A DNA stretch of 64,000 nt from the human T2T-CHM13v2.0 reference genome, Homo sapiens, in the NCBI RefSeq assembly GCF_009914755.1, contig NC_060925.1; one strand, written 5' to 3'. The notes under the pieces are model-generated. The model worked only from the letters and a program-made list of their open reading frames with translations, was not told where the DNA came from and made no database searches. The position numbers were made by a program, and so were the translations under genes. Positions 25,301-38,300 of this stretch are shown piece by piece; within the stretch, counting starts at the first letter, position 1; each line of letters starts with the position of its first letter.

Positions 25301-28300
25301 AAATCCCGTTTCCAACGAAGGCCACAAGATGTCAGAATATCCACTTGCAGACTTTACAAACAGAGTGTTTCCTAACTGCTCTATGAACAGAAAGGTTAAA
25401 CTCTGTGAGTTGAACGAACACATCACAACGCAGTTTGTGGGAATGATTCTGTCTAGTTTTGAAACGAAGATATTTCCTTTTCTGCCGTTGACCTTAAAGC
25501 GCTTGAAATCTACACTTGCAAATTGCACAAATAGAGTGTTTCAAATCTGCTCTGTCTAAGGGAACGTTCAACTCTGTGAGTTGAATGCACACAACACAAG
25601 GAAGTTACTGGGAATTCTTCTGTCTAGCCTTACATGAAAAAAACCCGTTTCCAACGAAGGCCTCTAAGTGGTCAAAATATCCACGTGCAGACTTTACAAA
25701 CAGAGTGTTTCCAAACCGCTGAATGAAAAGAAAAGTTAAACTCTGAGAGTTCAACGCACACATCACGCAGCAGTTTCTGAGAATGATTCTGTCTAGTTTT
25801 TATACGAAGATATTTCCTTTTCTGCCTTTGGCCCCAAAGCACTTGAAATCTCCACTTGCAAATTCCACAAAAACAGTGTTTCAAATCTGCTCTCTCTAAA
25901 TGAAAGTTCAACTCTGTCAGTTGAATACACACAACACAAGGAAGTTAATGAGAATTCTTCTGTCTAGCATAATATGAAGAAATCCCGTTTCCAACGAAGG
26001 CCTCAAAGGGGTCTGAATATCCACTTGCAGACTTTATAAACAGAGTGTTTACTAACTGCTCTATGAAAAGAAAGGTTAAACTCTGTGAGTTGAACACACA
26101 CATCACAAAGGAGTTTCTGAGAATCATTCTTTCTAGTTTTTCTACGAAGATATTTCCTTTTCTACTATTGACCTCAAAGCGGCTGAAATCTCCACTTGCA
26201 AATTCCACAAAAAGAGTGTTTCAAGTCTGCTCTGTGTAAAGGATCGTTCAACTCTGTGAGTTGAATACACACAACACAAGGAAGTTACTGAGAATTCTTC
26301 TGTCTAGCAGAATAGGAAGAAATCCCGTTTCCAACGAAGGCCTCAAAGAGGTCTGAATATCCACTTGCAGACTTTACAAACAGAGTGTTTCCTAACTGCT
26401 CTATGAAAAGAAAGGTTAAACTCTGTGAGTTGAACGCACACATCACAAAGGAGTTTCTGAGAATCGTTCTGTCTAGTTTCTATAGGAAGATATTTCCTAT
26501 TCTACCATTGACCTCAAAGCGGCTGAAATCTCCACTTGCAAATTCCACAAAAAGAATGTTTCAAGTCTGCTCTGTGTAAAGGATCGTTCAACTCTGTGAG
26601 TTGAATACACACAACACAAGGAAGTTACTGAGAATTCTTCTGTCTAGCAGAATATGAAGAAATCCCGTGTCCAACGAAGGCCTCAAAGAGGTCTGAATAT
26701 CCACTTGCACACTTTACAAACAGAGTGTTTCCTAACTGCTCTATGAAAAGAAAAGTTAAACTCTGTGAGTTGAACGCACACATCACAAAGGAGTTTCTGA
26801 GAATCATTCTGTCTAGTCTTTATACGAAGATATTTCCTTTTCTACCATTGACCTCAAAGCGGCTGAAATCTCCACTTGCAAATTCCACAAAAAGAGTGTT
26901 TCAAGTCTGCTCTGTGTAAAGGATCGTACAACTCTGTGAGTTGAATACACACAACACAAGGAAGTTACTGAGAATTCTTCTGTCTAGCAGAATATGAAGA
27001 AATCCCGTTTCCAACGAAGGCCTCAAGGAGGTCTGAATATCCACTTGCAGACTGTATAAACAGAGTGTTTCCTAACTGCTCTATGATCAGAAAGGTTAAA
27101 CTCTGTGAGTTGAACGAACACATCACAACGCAGTTTGTGGGAATGATTCTGTCTAGTTTTGAAACGAAGAAATTTCCTTTTCTGCCATTGACCATAAAGC
27201 GCTTGAAATCTACACTTGCAAATTGCACAAATAGAGTGTTTCAAATCTGCTCTGTCTAAGGGAACGTTCAACTCTGTGAGTTGAATGCACACAACACAAG
27301 GAAGTTACTGGGAATTCTTCTGTCTAGCCTTACATGAAGAAAACCCGTTTCCAACGAAGGCCTCTAAGAGGTCAAAATATCCACGTGCAGACTTTACAAA
27401 GAGAGTGTTTCCAAACCGCTGAATGAAAAGAAAAGTTAAACTCTGAGAGTTGAACGCACACATCACGCAGCAGTTTCTGAGAATGATTCTGTCTAGTTTT
27501 TATACGAAGATATTTCCTTTTCTGCCTTTGGCCCCAAAGCGCTTGAAATCTCCACTTGCAAATTCCACAAAAACAGTGTTTCAAATCTGCTCTCTCTAAA
27601 TGAAAGTTCAACTCTGTCAGTTGAATACACACAACACAAGGAAGTTACTGAGAATTCTTCTGTCTAGCATAATATGAAGAAATCCCGTTTCCAACGAAGG
27701 CCTCAAAGGGGTCTGAATATCCACTTGCAGACTTTATAAACAGAGTGTTTACTAACTGCTCTATGAAAAGAAAGGTTAAACTCTGTGAGTTGAACACACA
27801 CATCACAAAGGAGTTTCTGAGAATCATTCTGTCTAGTTTTTCTACGAAGATATTTCCTTTTCTACTATTGACCTCAAAGCGGCTGAAATCTCCACTTGCA
27901 AATTCCACAAAAAGAGTGTTTCAAGTCTGCTCTGTGTAAAGAATCGTTCAACTCTGTGAGTTGAATACACACAACACAAGGAAGTTACTGAGAATTCTTC
28001 TGTCTAGCAGAATATGAAGAAATCCCGTTTCCAACGAAGGCCTCAAGGAGGTCTGAATATCCACTTGCAGACTTTACAAACAGAGTGTTTCCTAACTGCT
28101 CTATGAACAGAAAGGTTAAACTCTGTGAGTTGAACGCACACATCACAAAGGAGTTTCTGAGAATCATTCTGTCTAGTCTTTATACGAAGATATTTACTTT
28201 TCTACCATTGACCTCAAAGCGGCTGAAATCTCCACTTGCAAATTCCACAAAAAGAGTGTTTCAAGTCTGCTCTGTGTAAAGGATCCTTCAACTCTGTGAG

Positions 28301-29332
28301 TTGAATACACACAACACAAGGAAGTTACTGAGAATTCTTCTGTCTAGCAGAATATGAAGAAATCCCGTTTCCAACGAAGGCCTCAAAGAGGTCTGCATAT
28401 CCACTTGCAGACTTTACAAACAGAGTGTTTCCTAACTGCTCTATGAGAAGAAAAGTTAAACTCTGTGAGTTGAACGCACACATCACAAAAGATTTTCTGA
28501 GAATCATTCTGTCTAGTCTTTATATGAAGATAGTTTCCTTTTCTACCATTGACCTCAAAGCGGCTGAAATCTCCACTTGCAAATTCCACAAAAAGAGTGT
28601 TTCAAGTCTGCTCTGTGTAAAGGATCGTTCAACTCTGTGAGTTGAATACACACAACACAAGGAAGTTACTGAGAATTCTTCTGTCTAGCAGAATATGAAG
28701 AAATCCCGTTTCCAACGAAGGCCACAAGATGTCAGAATATCCACTTACAGACTTTACAAACAGAGTGTTTCCTAACTGCTCTATGAACAGAAAGGTTAAA
28801 CTCTGTGAGTTGAACGAACACATCACAACGCAGTTTGTGGGAATGATTCTGTCTAGTTTTGAAACGAAGATATTTCCTTTTCTGCCGTTGACCTTAAAGA
28901 GCTTGAAAACTACACTTGCAAATTGCACAAATAGAGTGTTTCAAATCTGCTCTGTCTAAGGGAACGTTCAACTCTGTGAGTTGAATGCACACAACACAAG
29001 GAAGTTACTGGGAATTCTTCTGTCTAGCCTTACATGAAAAAAACCCGTTTCCAACGAAGGCCTCTAAGTGGTCAAAATATCCACGTGCAGACTTTACAAA
29101 CAGAGTGTTTCCAAACCGCTGAATGAAAAGAAAAGTTAAACTCTGAGAGTTGAACGCACACATCACGCAGCAGTTTCTGAGAATGATTCTGTCTAGTTTT
29201 TATACGAAGATATTTCCTTTTCTGCCTTTGGCCCCAAAGCGCTTGAAATCTCCACTTGCAAATTCCACAAAAACAGTGTTTCAAATCTGCTCTCTCTAAA
29301 TGAAAGTTCAACTCTGTGAGTTGAATACACAC
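13356..29332 (-). repeat. Structurally irregular HOR zone: 12, 12, 4, 14, 14, 8, 10, 10, 10-mers with no full 16-mer
   Basis: Anchors 13356, 15396, 17435, 18114, 20494, 22873, 24233, 25932, 27632 and 29332 give spacings 2040, 2039, 679, 2380, 2379, 1360, 1699, 1700 and 1700. Confidence 0.9.
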
Positions 29333-32300
29333 AACACAAGGAAGTTACTGAGAATTCTTCTGTCTAGCATAATATGAAGAAATCCCGTTTCCAACGAAGG
29401 CCTCAAAGGGGTCTGAATATCCACTTGCAGACTTTATAAACAGAGTGTTTACTAACTGCTCTATGAAAAGAAAGGTTAAACTCTGTGAGTTGAACACACA
29501 CATCACAAAGGAGTTTCTGAGAATCATTCTGTCTAGTTTTTCTACGAAGATATTTCCTTTTCTACTATTGACCTCAAAGCGGCTGAAATCTCCACTTGCA
29601 AATTCCACAAAAAGAGAGTTTCAAGTCTGCTCTGTGTAAAGGATCGTTCAACTCTGTGAGTTGAATACACACAACACAAGGAAGTTACTGAGAATTCTTC
29701 TGTCTAGCAGAATATGAAGAAATCCCGTTTCCAACGAAGGCCTCAAAGAGGTCTGAATATCCACTTGCAGACTTTACAAACAGAGTGTTTCCTAACTGCT
29801 CTATGAAAAGAAAGGTTAAACTCTGTGAGTTGAACGCACACATCACAAAGGAGTTTCTGAGAATCGTTCTGTCTAGTTTCTATAGGAAGATATTTCCTAT
29901 TCTACCATTGACCTCAAAGCGGCTGAAATCTCCACTTGCAAATTCCACAAAAAGAATGTTTCAAGTCTACTCTGTGTAAAGGATCGTTCAACTCTGTGAG
30001 TTGAATACACACAACACAAGGAAGTTACTGAGAATTCTTCTGTCTAGCATAATATGAAGAAATCCCGTTTCCAACGAAGGCCTCAAAGAGGTCTGAATAT
30101 CCACTTGCAGACTTTACAAACAGAGTGTTTCCTAACTGCTCTATGAAAAGAAAAGTTAAACTCTTTGAGTTGAACGCACACATCACAAAGGAGTTTCTGA
30201 GAATCATTCTGTCTAGTCTTTATACGAAGATATTTCCTTTTCTACCATTGACCTCAAAGCGGCTGAAATCTCCACTTGCAAATTCCACAAAAAGAGTGTT
30301 TCAATTCTGCTCTGTGTAAAGGATCGTTCAACTCTGTGAGTTGAATACACACAACACAAGGAAGTTACTGAGAATTCTTCTGTCTAGCAGAATATGAAGA
30401 AATCCCGTTTCCAACGAAGGCCTCAAGGAGGTCTGAATATCCACTTGCAGACTTTACAAACAGAGTGTTTCCTAACTGCTCTATGAACAGAAAGGTTAAA
30501 CTCTGTGAGTTGAACGCACACATCACAAAGGAGTTTCTGAGGATCATTCTGTCTAGTCTTTATACGAAGATATTTACTTTTCTACCATTGACCTCAAAGC
30601 GGCTGAAATCTCCACTTGCAAATTCCACAAAAAGAGTGTTTCAAGTCTGCTCTGTGTAAAGGATCATTCAACTCTGTGAGTTGAATAAACACAACACAAG
30701 GAAGTTACTGAGAATTCTTCTGTCTAGCAGAATATGAAGAAATCCCGTTTCCAACGAAGGCCTCAAGGAGGTCTGAATATCCACTTGCAGACTTTACAAA
30801 CAGAGTGTTTCCTAACTGCTCTATGAACAGAAAGGTTAAACTCTGTGAGTTGAACGCACACATCACAAAGGAGTTCATGAGAATCATTTTGTCTAGGTTC
30901 TGTAAGAAGACATTTCCTATTCTACCATTGACCTCAAAGCGGCTGAAATCTCCACTTGCAAATTCGACAAAAAGAGTGTTTCAAGCCTGCTCTCTGTAAA
31001 GGATCCTTCAACTCTGTGAGTTGAATACACACAACACAAGGAAGTTACTGAGAATTATTCTGTCTAGCATAATATGAAGAAATCCCGTTCCCAACGAAGG
31101 CCTCAAAGAGGTCTGAATATCCACTTGCACACTTTACAAACAGAGTGTTTCCTAACTGCTCTATGAGAAGAAAAGTTAAACTCTGTGAGTTGAACGCACA
31201 CATCACAAAAGATTTTCTGAGAATCATTCTGTCTAGTCTTTATATGAAGATAGTTTCCTTTTCTACCATTGACCTCTAAGCGGCTGAAATCTCCACTTGC
31301 AAATTCCACAAAAAGAGTGTTTCAAGTCTGCTCTGTGTAAAGGATCGTTCAACTCTGTGAGTTGAATACACACAACACAAGGAAGTTACTGAGAATTCTT
31401 CTGTCTAGCAGAATATGAAGAAATCCCGTTTCCAACGAAGGCCACAAGATGTCAGAATATCCACTTACAGACTTTACAAACAGAGTGTTTCCTAACTGCT
31501 CTATGAACAGAAAGGTTAAACTCTGTGAGTTGAACGAACACATCACAACGCAGTTTGTGGGAATGATTCTGTCTAGTTTTGAAACGGAGATATTTCCTTT
31601 TCTGCCGTTGACCTTAAAGCGCTTGAAATCTACACTTGCAAATTGCACAAATAGAGTGTTTCAAATCTGCTCTGTCTAAGGGAACGTTCAACTCTGTGAG
31701 TTGAATGCACACAACACAAGGAAGTTACTGGGAATTCTTCTGTCTAGCCTTACATGAAAAAAACCCGTTTCCAACGAAGGCCTCTAAGTGGTCAAAATTT
31801 CCACGTGCAGACTTTACAAACAGAGTGTTTCCAAACCGCTGAATGAAAAGAAAAGTTAAACTCTGAGAGTTGAACGCACACATCACGCAGCAGTTTCTGA
31901 GAATGATTCTGTCTAGTTTTTATACGAAGATATTTCCTTTTCTGCCTTTGGCCCCAAAGCGCTTGAAATCTCCACTTGCAAATTCCACAAAAACAGTGTT
32001 TCAAATCTGCTCTCTCTAAATGAAAGTTCAACTCTGTCAGTTGAATACACACAACACAAGGAAGTTACTGAGAATTCTTCTGTCTAGCATAATATGAAGA
32101 AATCCCGTTTCCAACGAAGGCCTCAAAGGGGTCTGAATATCCACTTGCAGACTTTATAAACAGAGTGTTTACTAACTGCTCTATGAAAAGAAAGGTTAAA
32201 CTCTGTGAGTTGAACACACACATCACAAAGGAGTTTCTGAGAATCATTCTGTCTAGTTTTTCTACGAAGATATTTCCTTTTCTACTATTGACCTCAAAGC

Positions 32301-35300
32301 GGCTGAAATCTCCACTTGCAAATTCCACAAAAAGAGTGTTTCAAGTCTGCTCTGTGTAAAGGATCGTTCAACTCTGTGAGTTGAATACACACAACACAAG
32401 GAAGTTACTGAGAATTCTTCTGTCTAGCAGAATATGAAGAAATCCCGTTTCCAACGAAGGCCTCAAAGAGGTCTGAATATCCACTTGCAGACTTTACAAA
32501 CAGAGTGTTTCCTAACTGCTCTATGAAAAGAAAGGTTAAACTCTGTGAGTTGAACGCACACATCACAAAGGAGTTTCTGAGAATCGTTCTGTCTAGTTTC
32601 TATAGGAAGATATTTCCTATTCTACCATTGACCTCAAAGCGGCTGAAATCTCCACTTGCAAATTCCACAAAAAGAATGTTTCAAGTCTGCTCTGTGTAAA
32701 CGATCGTTCAACTCTGTGAGTTGAATACACACAACACAAGGAAGTTACTGAGAATTCTTCTGTCTAGCATAATATGAAGAAATCCCGTTTCCAACGAAGG
32801 CCTCAAAGAGGTCTGAATATCCACTTGCAGACTTTACAAACAGAGTGTTTCCTAACTGCTCTATGAAAAGAAAAGTTAAACTCTGTGATTTGAACGCACA
32901 CATCACAAAGGAGTTTCTGAGAATCATTCTGTCTGGTCTTTATACGAAGATATTTCCTTTTCTACCATTGACCTCAAAGCGGCTGAAATCTCCACTTGCA
33001 AATTCCACAAAAAGAGTGTTTCAAGTCTGCTCTGTGTAAAGGATCGTTCAACTCTGTGAGTTGAATACACACAACACAAGGAAGTTACTGAGAATTCTTC
33101 TGTCTAGCAGAATATGAAGAAATCCCGTTTCCAACGAAGGCCTCAAGGAGGTCTGAATATCCACTTGCAGACTTTACAAACAGAGTGTTTCCTAACTGCT
33201 CTATGAACAGAAAGGTTAAACTCTGTGAGTTGAACGCACACATCACAAAGGAGTTTCTGAGAATCATTCTGTCTAGTCTTTATACGAAGATATTTACTTT
33301 TCTACCATTGACCTCAAAGCGGCTGAAATCTCCACTTGCAAATTCCACAAAAAGAGTGTTTCAAGTCTGCTCTGTGTAAAGGATCATTCAACTCTGTGAG
33401 TTGAATAAACACAACACAAGGAAGTTACTGAGAATTCTTCTGTCTAGCAGAATATGAAGAAATCCCGTTTCCAACGAAGGCCTCAAGGAGGTCTGAATAT
33501 CCACTTGCAGACTTTACAAACAGAGTGTTTCCTAACTGCTCTATGAACAGAAAGGTTAAACTCTGTGAGTTGAACGCACACATCACAAAGGAGTTCATGA
33601 GAATCATTTTGTCTAGGTTCTGTAAGAAGATATTTCCTATTCTACCATTGACCTCAAAGCGGCTGAAATCTCCACTTGCAAATTCGACAAAAAGAGTGTT
33701 TCAAGCCTGCTCTCTGTAAAGGATCCTTCAACTCTGTGAGTTGAATACACACAACACAAGGAAGTTACTGAGAATTATTCTGTCTAGCATAATATGAAGA
33801 AATCCCGTTTCCAACGAAGGCCTCAAAGAGGTCTGAATATCCACTTGCACACTTTACAAACAGAGTGTTTCCTAACTGCTCTATGAGAAGAAAAGTTAAA
33901 CTCTGTGAGTTGAACGCACACATCACAAAAGATTTTCTGAGAATCATTCTGTCTAGTCTTTATATGAAGATAGTTTCCTTTTCTACCATTGACCTCTAAG
34001 CGGCTGAAATCTCCACTTGCAAATTCCACAAAAAGAGTGTTTCAAGTCTGCTCTGTGTAAAGGATCGTTCAACTCTGTGAGTTGAATACACACAACACAA
34101 GGAAGTTACTGAGAATTCTTCTGTCTAGCAGAATATGAAGAAATCCCGTTTCCAACGAAGGCCACAAGATGTCAGAATATCCACTTACAGACTTTACAAA
34201 CAGAGTGTTTCCTAACTGCTCTATGAACAGAAAGGTTAAACTCTGTGAGTTGAACGAACACATCACAACGCAGTTTGTGGGAATGATTCTGTCTAGTTTT
34301 GAAAAGAAGAAATTTCCTTTTCTGCCATTGACCTTAAAGCGCTTGAAATCTACACTTGCAAATTGCACAAATAGAGTGTTTCAAATCTGCTCTGTCTAAG
34401 GGAACGTTCAACTCTGTGAGTTGAATGCACACAACACAAGGAAGTTACTGGGAATTCTTCTGTCTAGCCTTACATGAAGAAAACCCGTTTCCAACGAAGG
34501 CGTCTAAGAGGTCAAAATATCCACGTGCAGACTTTACAAAGAGAGTGTTTCCAAACCGCTGAATGAAAAGAAAAGTTAAACTCTGAGAGTTGAACGCAGA
34601 CATCACGCAGCAGTTTCTGAGAATGATTCTGTCTAGTTTTTATACGAAGATATTTCCTTTTCTGCCTTTGGCCCCAAAGCGCTTGAAATCTCCACTTGCA
34701 AATTCCACAAAAACAGTGTTTCAAATCTGCTCTCTCTAAATGAAAGTTCAACTCTGTCAGTTGAATACACACAACACAAGGAAGTTACTGAGAATTCTTC
34801 TGTCTAGCATAATATGAAGAAATCCCGTTTCCAACGAAGGCCTCAAAGGGGTCTGAATATCCACTTGCAGACTTTATAAACAGAGTGTTTACTAACTGCT
34901 CTATGAAAAGAAAGGTTAAACTCTGTGAGTTGAACACACACATCACAAAGGAGTTTCTGAGAATCATTCTGTCTAGTTTTTCTACGAAGATATTTCCTTT
35001 TCTACTATTGACCTCAAAGCGGCTGAAATCTCCACTTGCAAATTCCACAAAAAGAGTGTTTCAAGTCTGCTCTGTGTAAAGGATCGTTCAACTCTGTGAG
35101 TTGAATACACACAACACAAGGAAGTTACTGAGAATTCTTCTGTCTAGCAGAATATGAAGAAATCCCGTTTCCAACGAAGGCCTCAAGGAGGTCTGAATAT
35201 CCACTTGCAGACTTTACAAACAGAGTGTTTCCTAACTGCTCTATGAACAGAAAGGTTAAACTCTGTGAGTTGAACGCACACATCACAAAGGAGTTTCTGA

Positions 35301-38300
35301 GAATCATTCTGTCTTGTTTCTATAGGAAGATATTTCCTATTCTACCATTGACCTCAAAGCGGCTGAAATCTCCACTTGCAAATTCCACAAAAAGAGTGTT
35401 TCAAGTCTGCTCTGTGTAAAGGATCGTTCAACTCTGTGAGTTGAATACACACAACACAAGGAAGTTAGTGAGAATTCTTCTGTCTAGCAGAATATGAAGA
35501 AATCCCGTTTCCAACGAAGGCCTCAAGGAGGTCTGAATATCCACTTGCAGACTTTACAAACAGAGTGTTTCCTAACTGCTCTATGAACAGAAAGGTTAAA
35601 CTCTGTGAGTTGAACGCACACATCACAAAGGAGTTTCTGAGAATCATTCTGTCTAGTCTTTATACGAAGATATTTCCTTTTCTACCATTGACCTCAAAGC
35701 GGCTGAAATCTCCACTTGCAAATTCCACAAAAAGAGTGTTTCAAGTCTGCTCTGTGTAAAGGATCATTCAACTCTGTGAGTTGAATAAACACATCACAAG
35801 GAAGTTACTGAGAATTCTTCTGTCTAGCAGAATATGAAGAAATCCCGTTTCCAACGAAGGCCACAAGATGTCAGAATATCCACTTGCAGACTTTACAAAC
35901 AGAGTGTTTCCTAACTGCTCTATGAACAGAAAGGTTAAACTCTGTGAGTTGAACGAACACATCACAACGCAGTTTGTGGGAATGATTCTGTCTAGTTTTG
36001 AAACGAAGATATTTCCTTTTCTGCCGTTGACCTTAAAGCGCTTGAAATCTACACTTGCAAATTGCACAAATAGAGTGTTTCAAATCTGCTCTGTCTAAGG
36101 GAACGTTCAACTCTGTGAGTTGAATGCACACAACACAAGGAAGTTACTGGGAATTCTTCTGTCTAGCCTTACATGAAAAAAACCCGTTTCCAACGAAGGC
36201 CTCTAAGTGGTCAAAATATCCACGTGCAGACTTTACAAACAGAGTGTTTCCAAACCGCTGAATGAAAAGAAAAGTTAAACTCTGAGAGTTCAACGCACAC
36301 ATCACGCAGCAGTTTCTGAGAATGATTCTGTCTAGTTTTTATACGAAGATATTTCCTTTTCTGCCTTTGGCCCCAAAGCACTTGAAATCTCCACTTGCAA
36401 ATTCCACAAAAACAGTGTTTCAAATCTGCTCTCTCTAAATGAAAGTTCAACTCTGTCAGTTGAATACACACAACACAAGGAAGTTAATGAGAATTCTTCT
36501 GTCTAGCATAATATGAAGAAATCCCGTTTCCAACGAAGGCCTCAAAGGGGTCTGAATATCCACTTGCAGACTTTATAAACAGAGTGTTTACTAACTGCTC
36601 TATGAAAAGAAAGGTTAAACTCTGTGAGTTGAACACACACATCACAAAGGAGTTTCTGAGAATCATTCTTTCTAGTTTTTCTACGAAGATATTTCCTTTT
36701 CTACTATTGACCTCAAAGCGGCTGAAATCTCCACTTGCAAATTCCACAAAAAGAGTGTTTCAAGTCTGCTCTGTGTAAAGGATCGTTCAACTCTGTGAGT
36801 TGAATACACACAACACAAGGAAGTTACTGAGAATTCTTCTGTCTAGCAGAATAGGAAGAAATCCCGTTTCCAACGAAGGCCTCAAAGAGGTCTGAATATC
36901 CACTTGCAGACTTTACAAACAGAGTGTTTCCTAACTGCTCTATGAAAAGAAAGGTTAAACTCTGTGAGTTGAACGCACACATCACAAAGGAGTTTCTGAG
37001 AATCGTTCTGTCTAGTTTCTATAGGAAGATATTTCCTATTCTACCATTGACCTCAAAGCGGCTGAAATCTCCACTTGCAAATTCCACAAAAAGAATGTTT
37101 CAAGTCTGCTCTGTGTAAAGGATCGTTCAACTCTGTGAGTTGAATACACACAACACAAGGAAGTTACTGAGAATTCTTCTGTCTAGCAGAATATGAAGAA
37201 ATCCCGTGTCCAACGAAGGCCTCAAAGAGGTCTGAATATCCACTTGCACACTTTACAAACAGAGTGTTTCCTAACTGCTCTATGAAAAGAAAAGTTAAAC
37301 TCTGTGAGTTGAACGCACACATCACAAAGGAGTTTCTGAGAATCATTCTGTCTAGTCTTTATACGAAGATATTTCCTTTTCTACCATTGACCTCAAAGCG
37401 GCTGAAATCTCCACTTGCAAATTCCACAAAAAGAGTGTTTCAAGTCTGCTCTGTGTAAAGGATCGTACAACTCTGTGAGTTGAATACACACAACACAAGG
37501 AAGTTACTGAGAATTCTTCTGTCTAGCAGAATATGAAGAAATCCCGTTTCCAACGAAGGCCTCAAGGAGGTCTGAATATCCACTTGCAGACTGTATAAAC
37601 AGAGTGTTTCCTAACTGCTCTATGATCAGAAAGGTTAAACTCTGTGAGTTGAACGAACACATCACAACGCAGTTTGTGGGAATGATTCTGTCTAGTTTTG
37701 AAACGAAGAAATTTCCTTTTCTGCCATTGACCATAAAGCGCTTGAAATCTACACTTGCAAATTGCACAAATAGAGTGTTTCAAATCTGCTCTGTCTAAGG
37801 GAACGTTCAACTCTGTGAGTTGAATGCACACAACACAAGGAAGTTACTGGGAATTCTTCTGTCTAGCCTTACATGAAGAAAACCCGTTTCCAACGAAGGC
37901 CTCTAAGAGGTCAAAATATCCACGTGCAGACTTTACAAAGAGAGTGTTTCCAAACCGCTGAATGAAAAGAAAAGTTAAACTCTGAGAGTTGAACGCACAC
38001 ATCACGCAGCAGTTTCTGAGAATGATTCTGTCTAGTTTTTATACGAAGATATTTCCTTTTCTGCCTTTGGCCCCAAAGCGCTTGAAATCTCCACTTGCAA
38101 ATTCCACAAAAACAGTGTTTCAAATCTGCTCTCTCTAAATGAAAGTTCAACTCTGTCAGTTGAATACACACAACACAAGGAAGTTACTGAGAATTCTTCT
38201 GTCTAGCATAATATGAAGAAATCCCGTTTCCAACGAAGGCCTCAAAGGGGTCTGAATATCCACTTGCAGACTTTATAAACAGAGTGTTTACTAACTGCTC

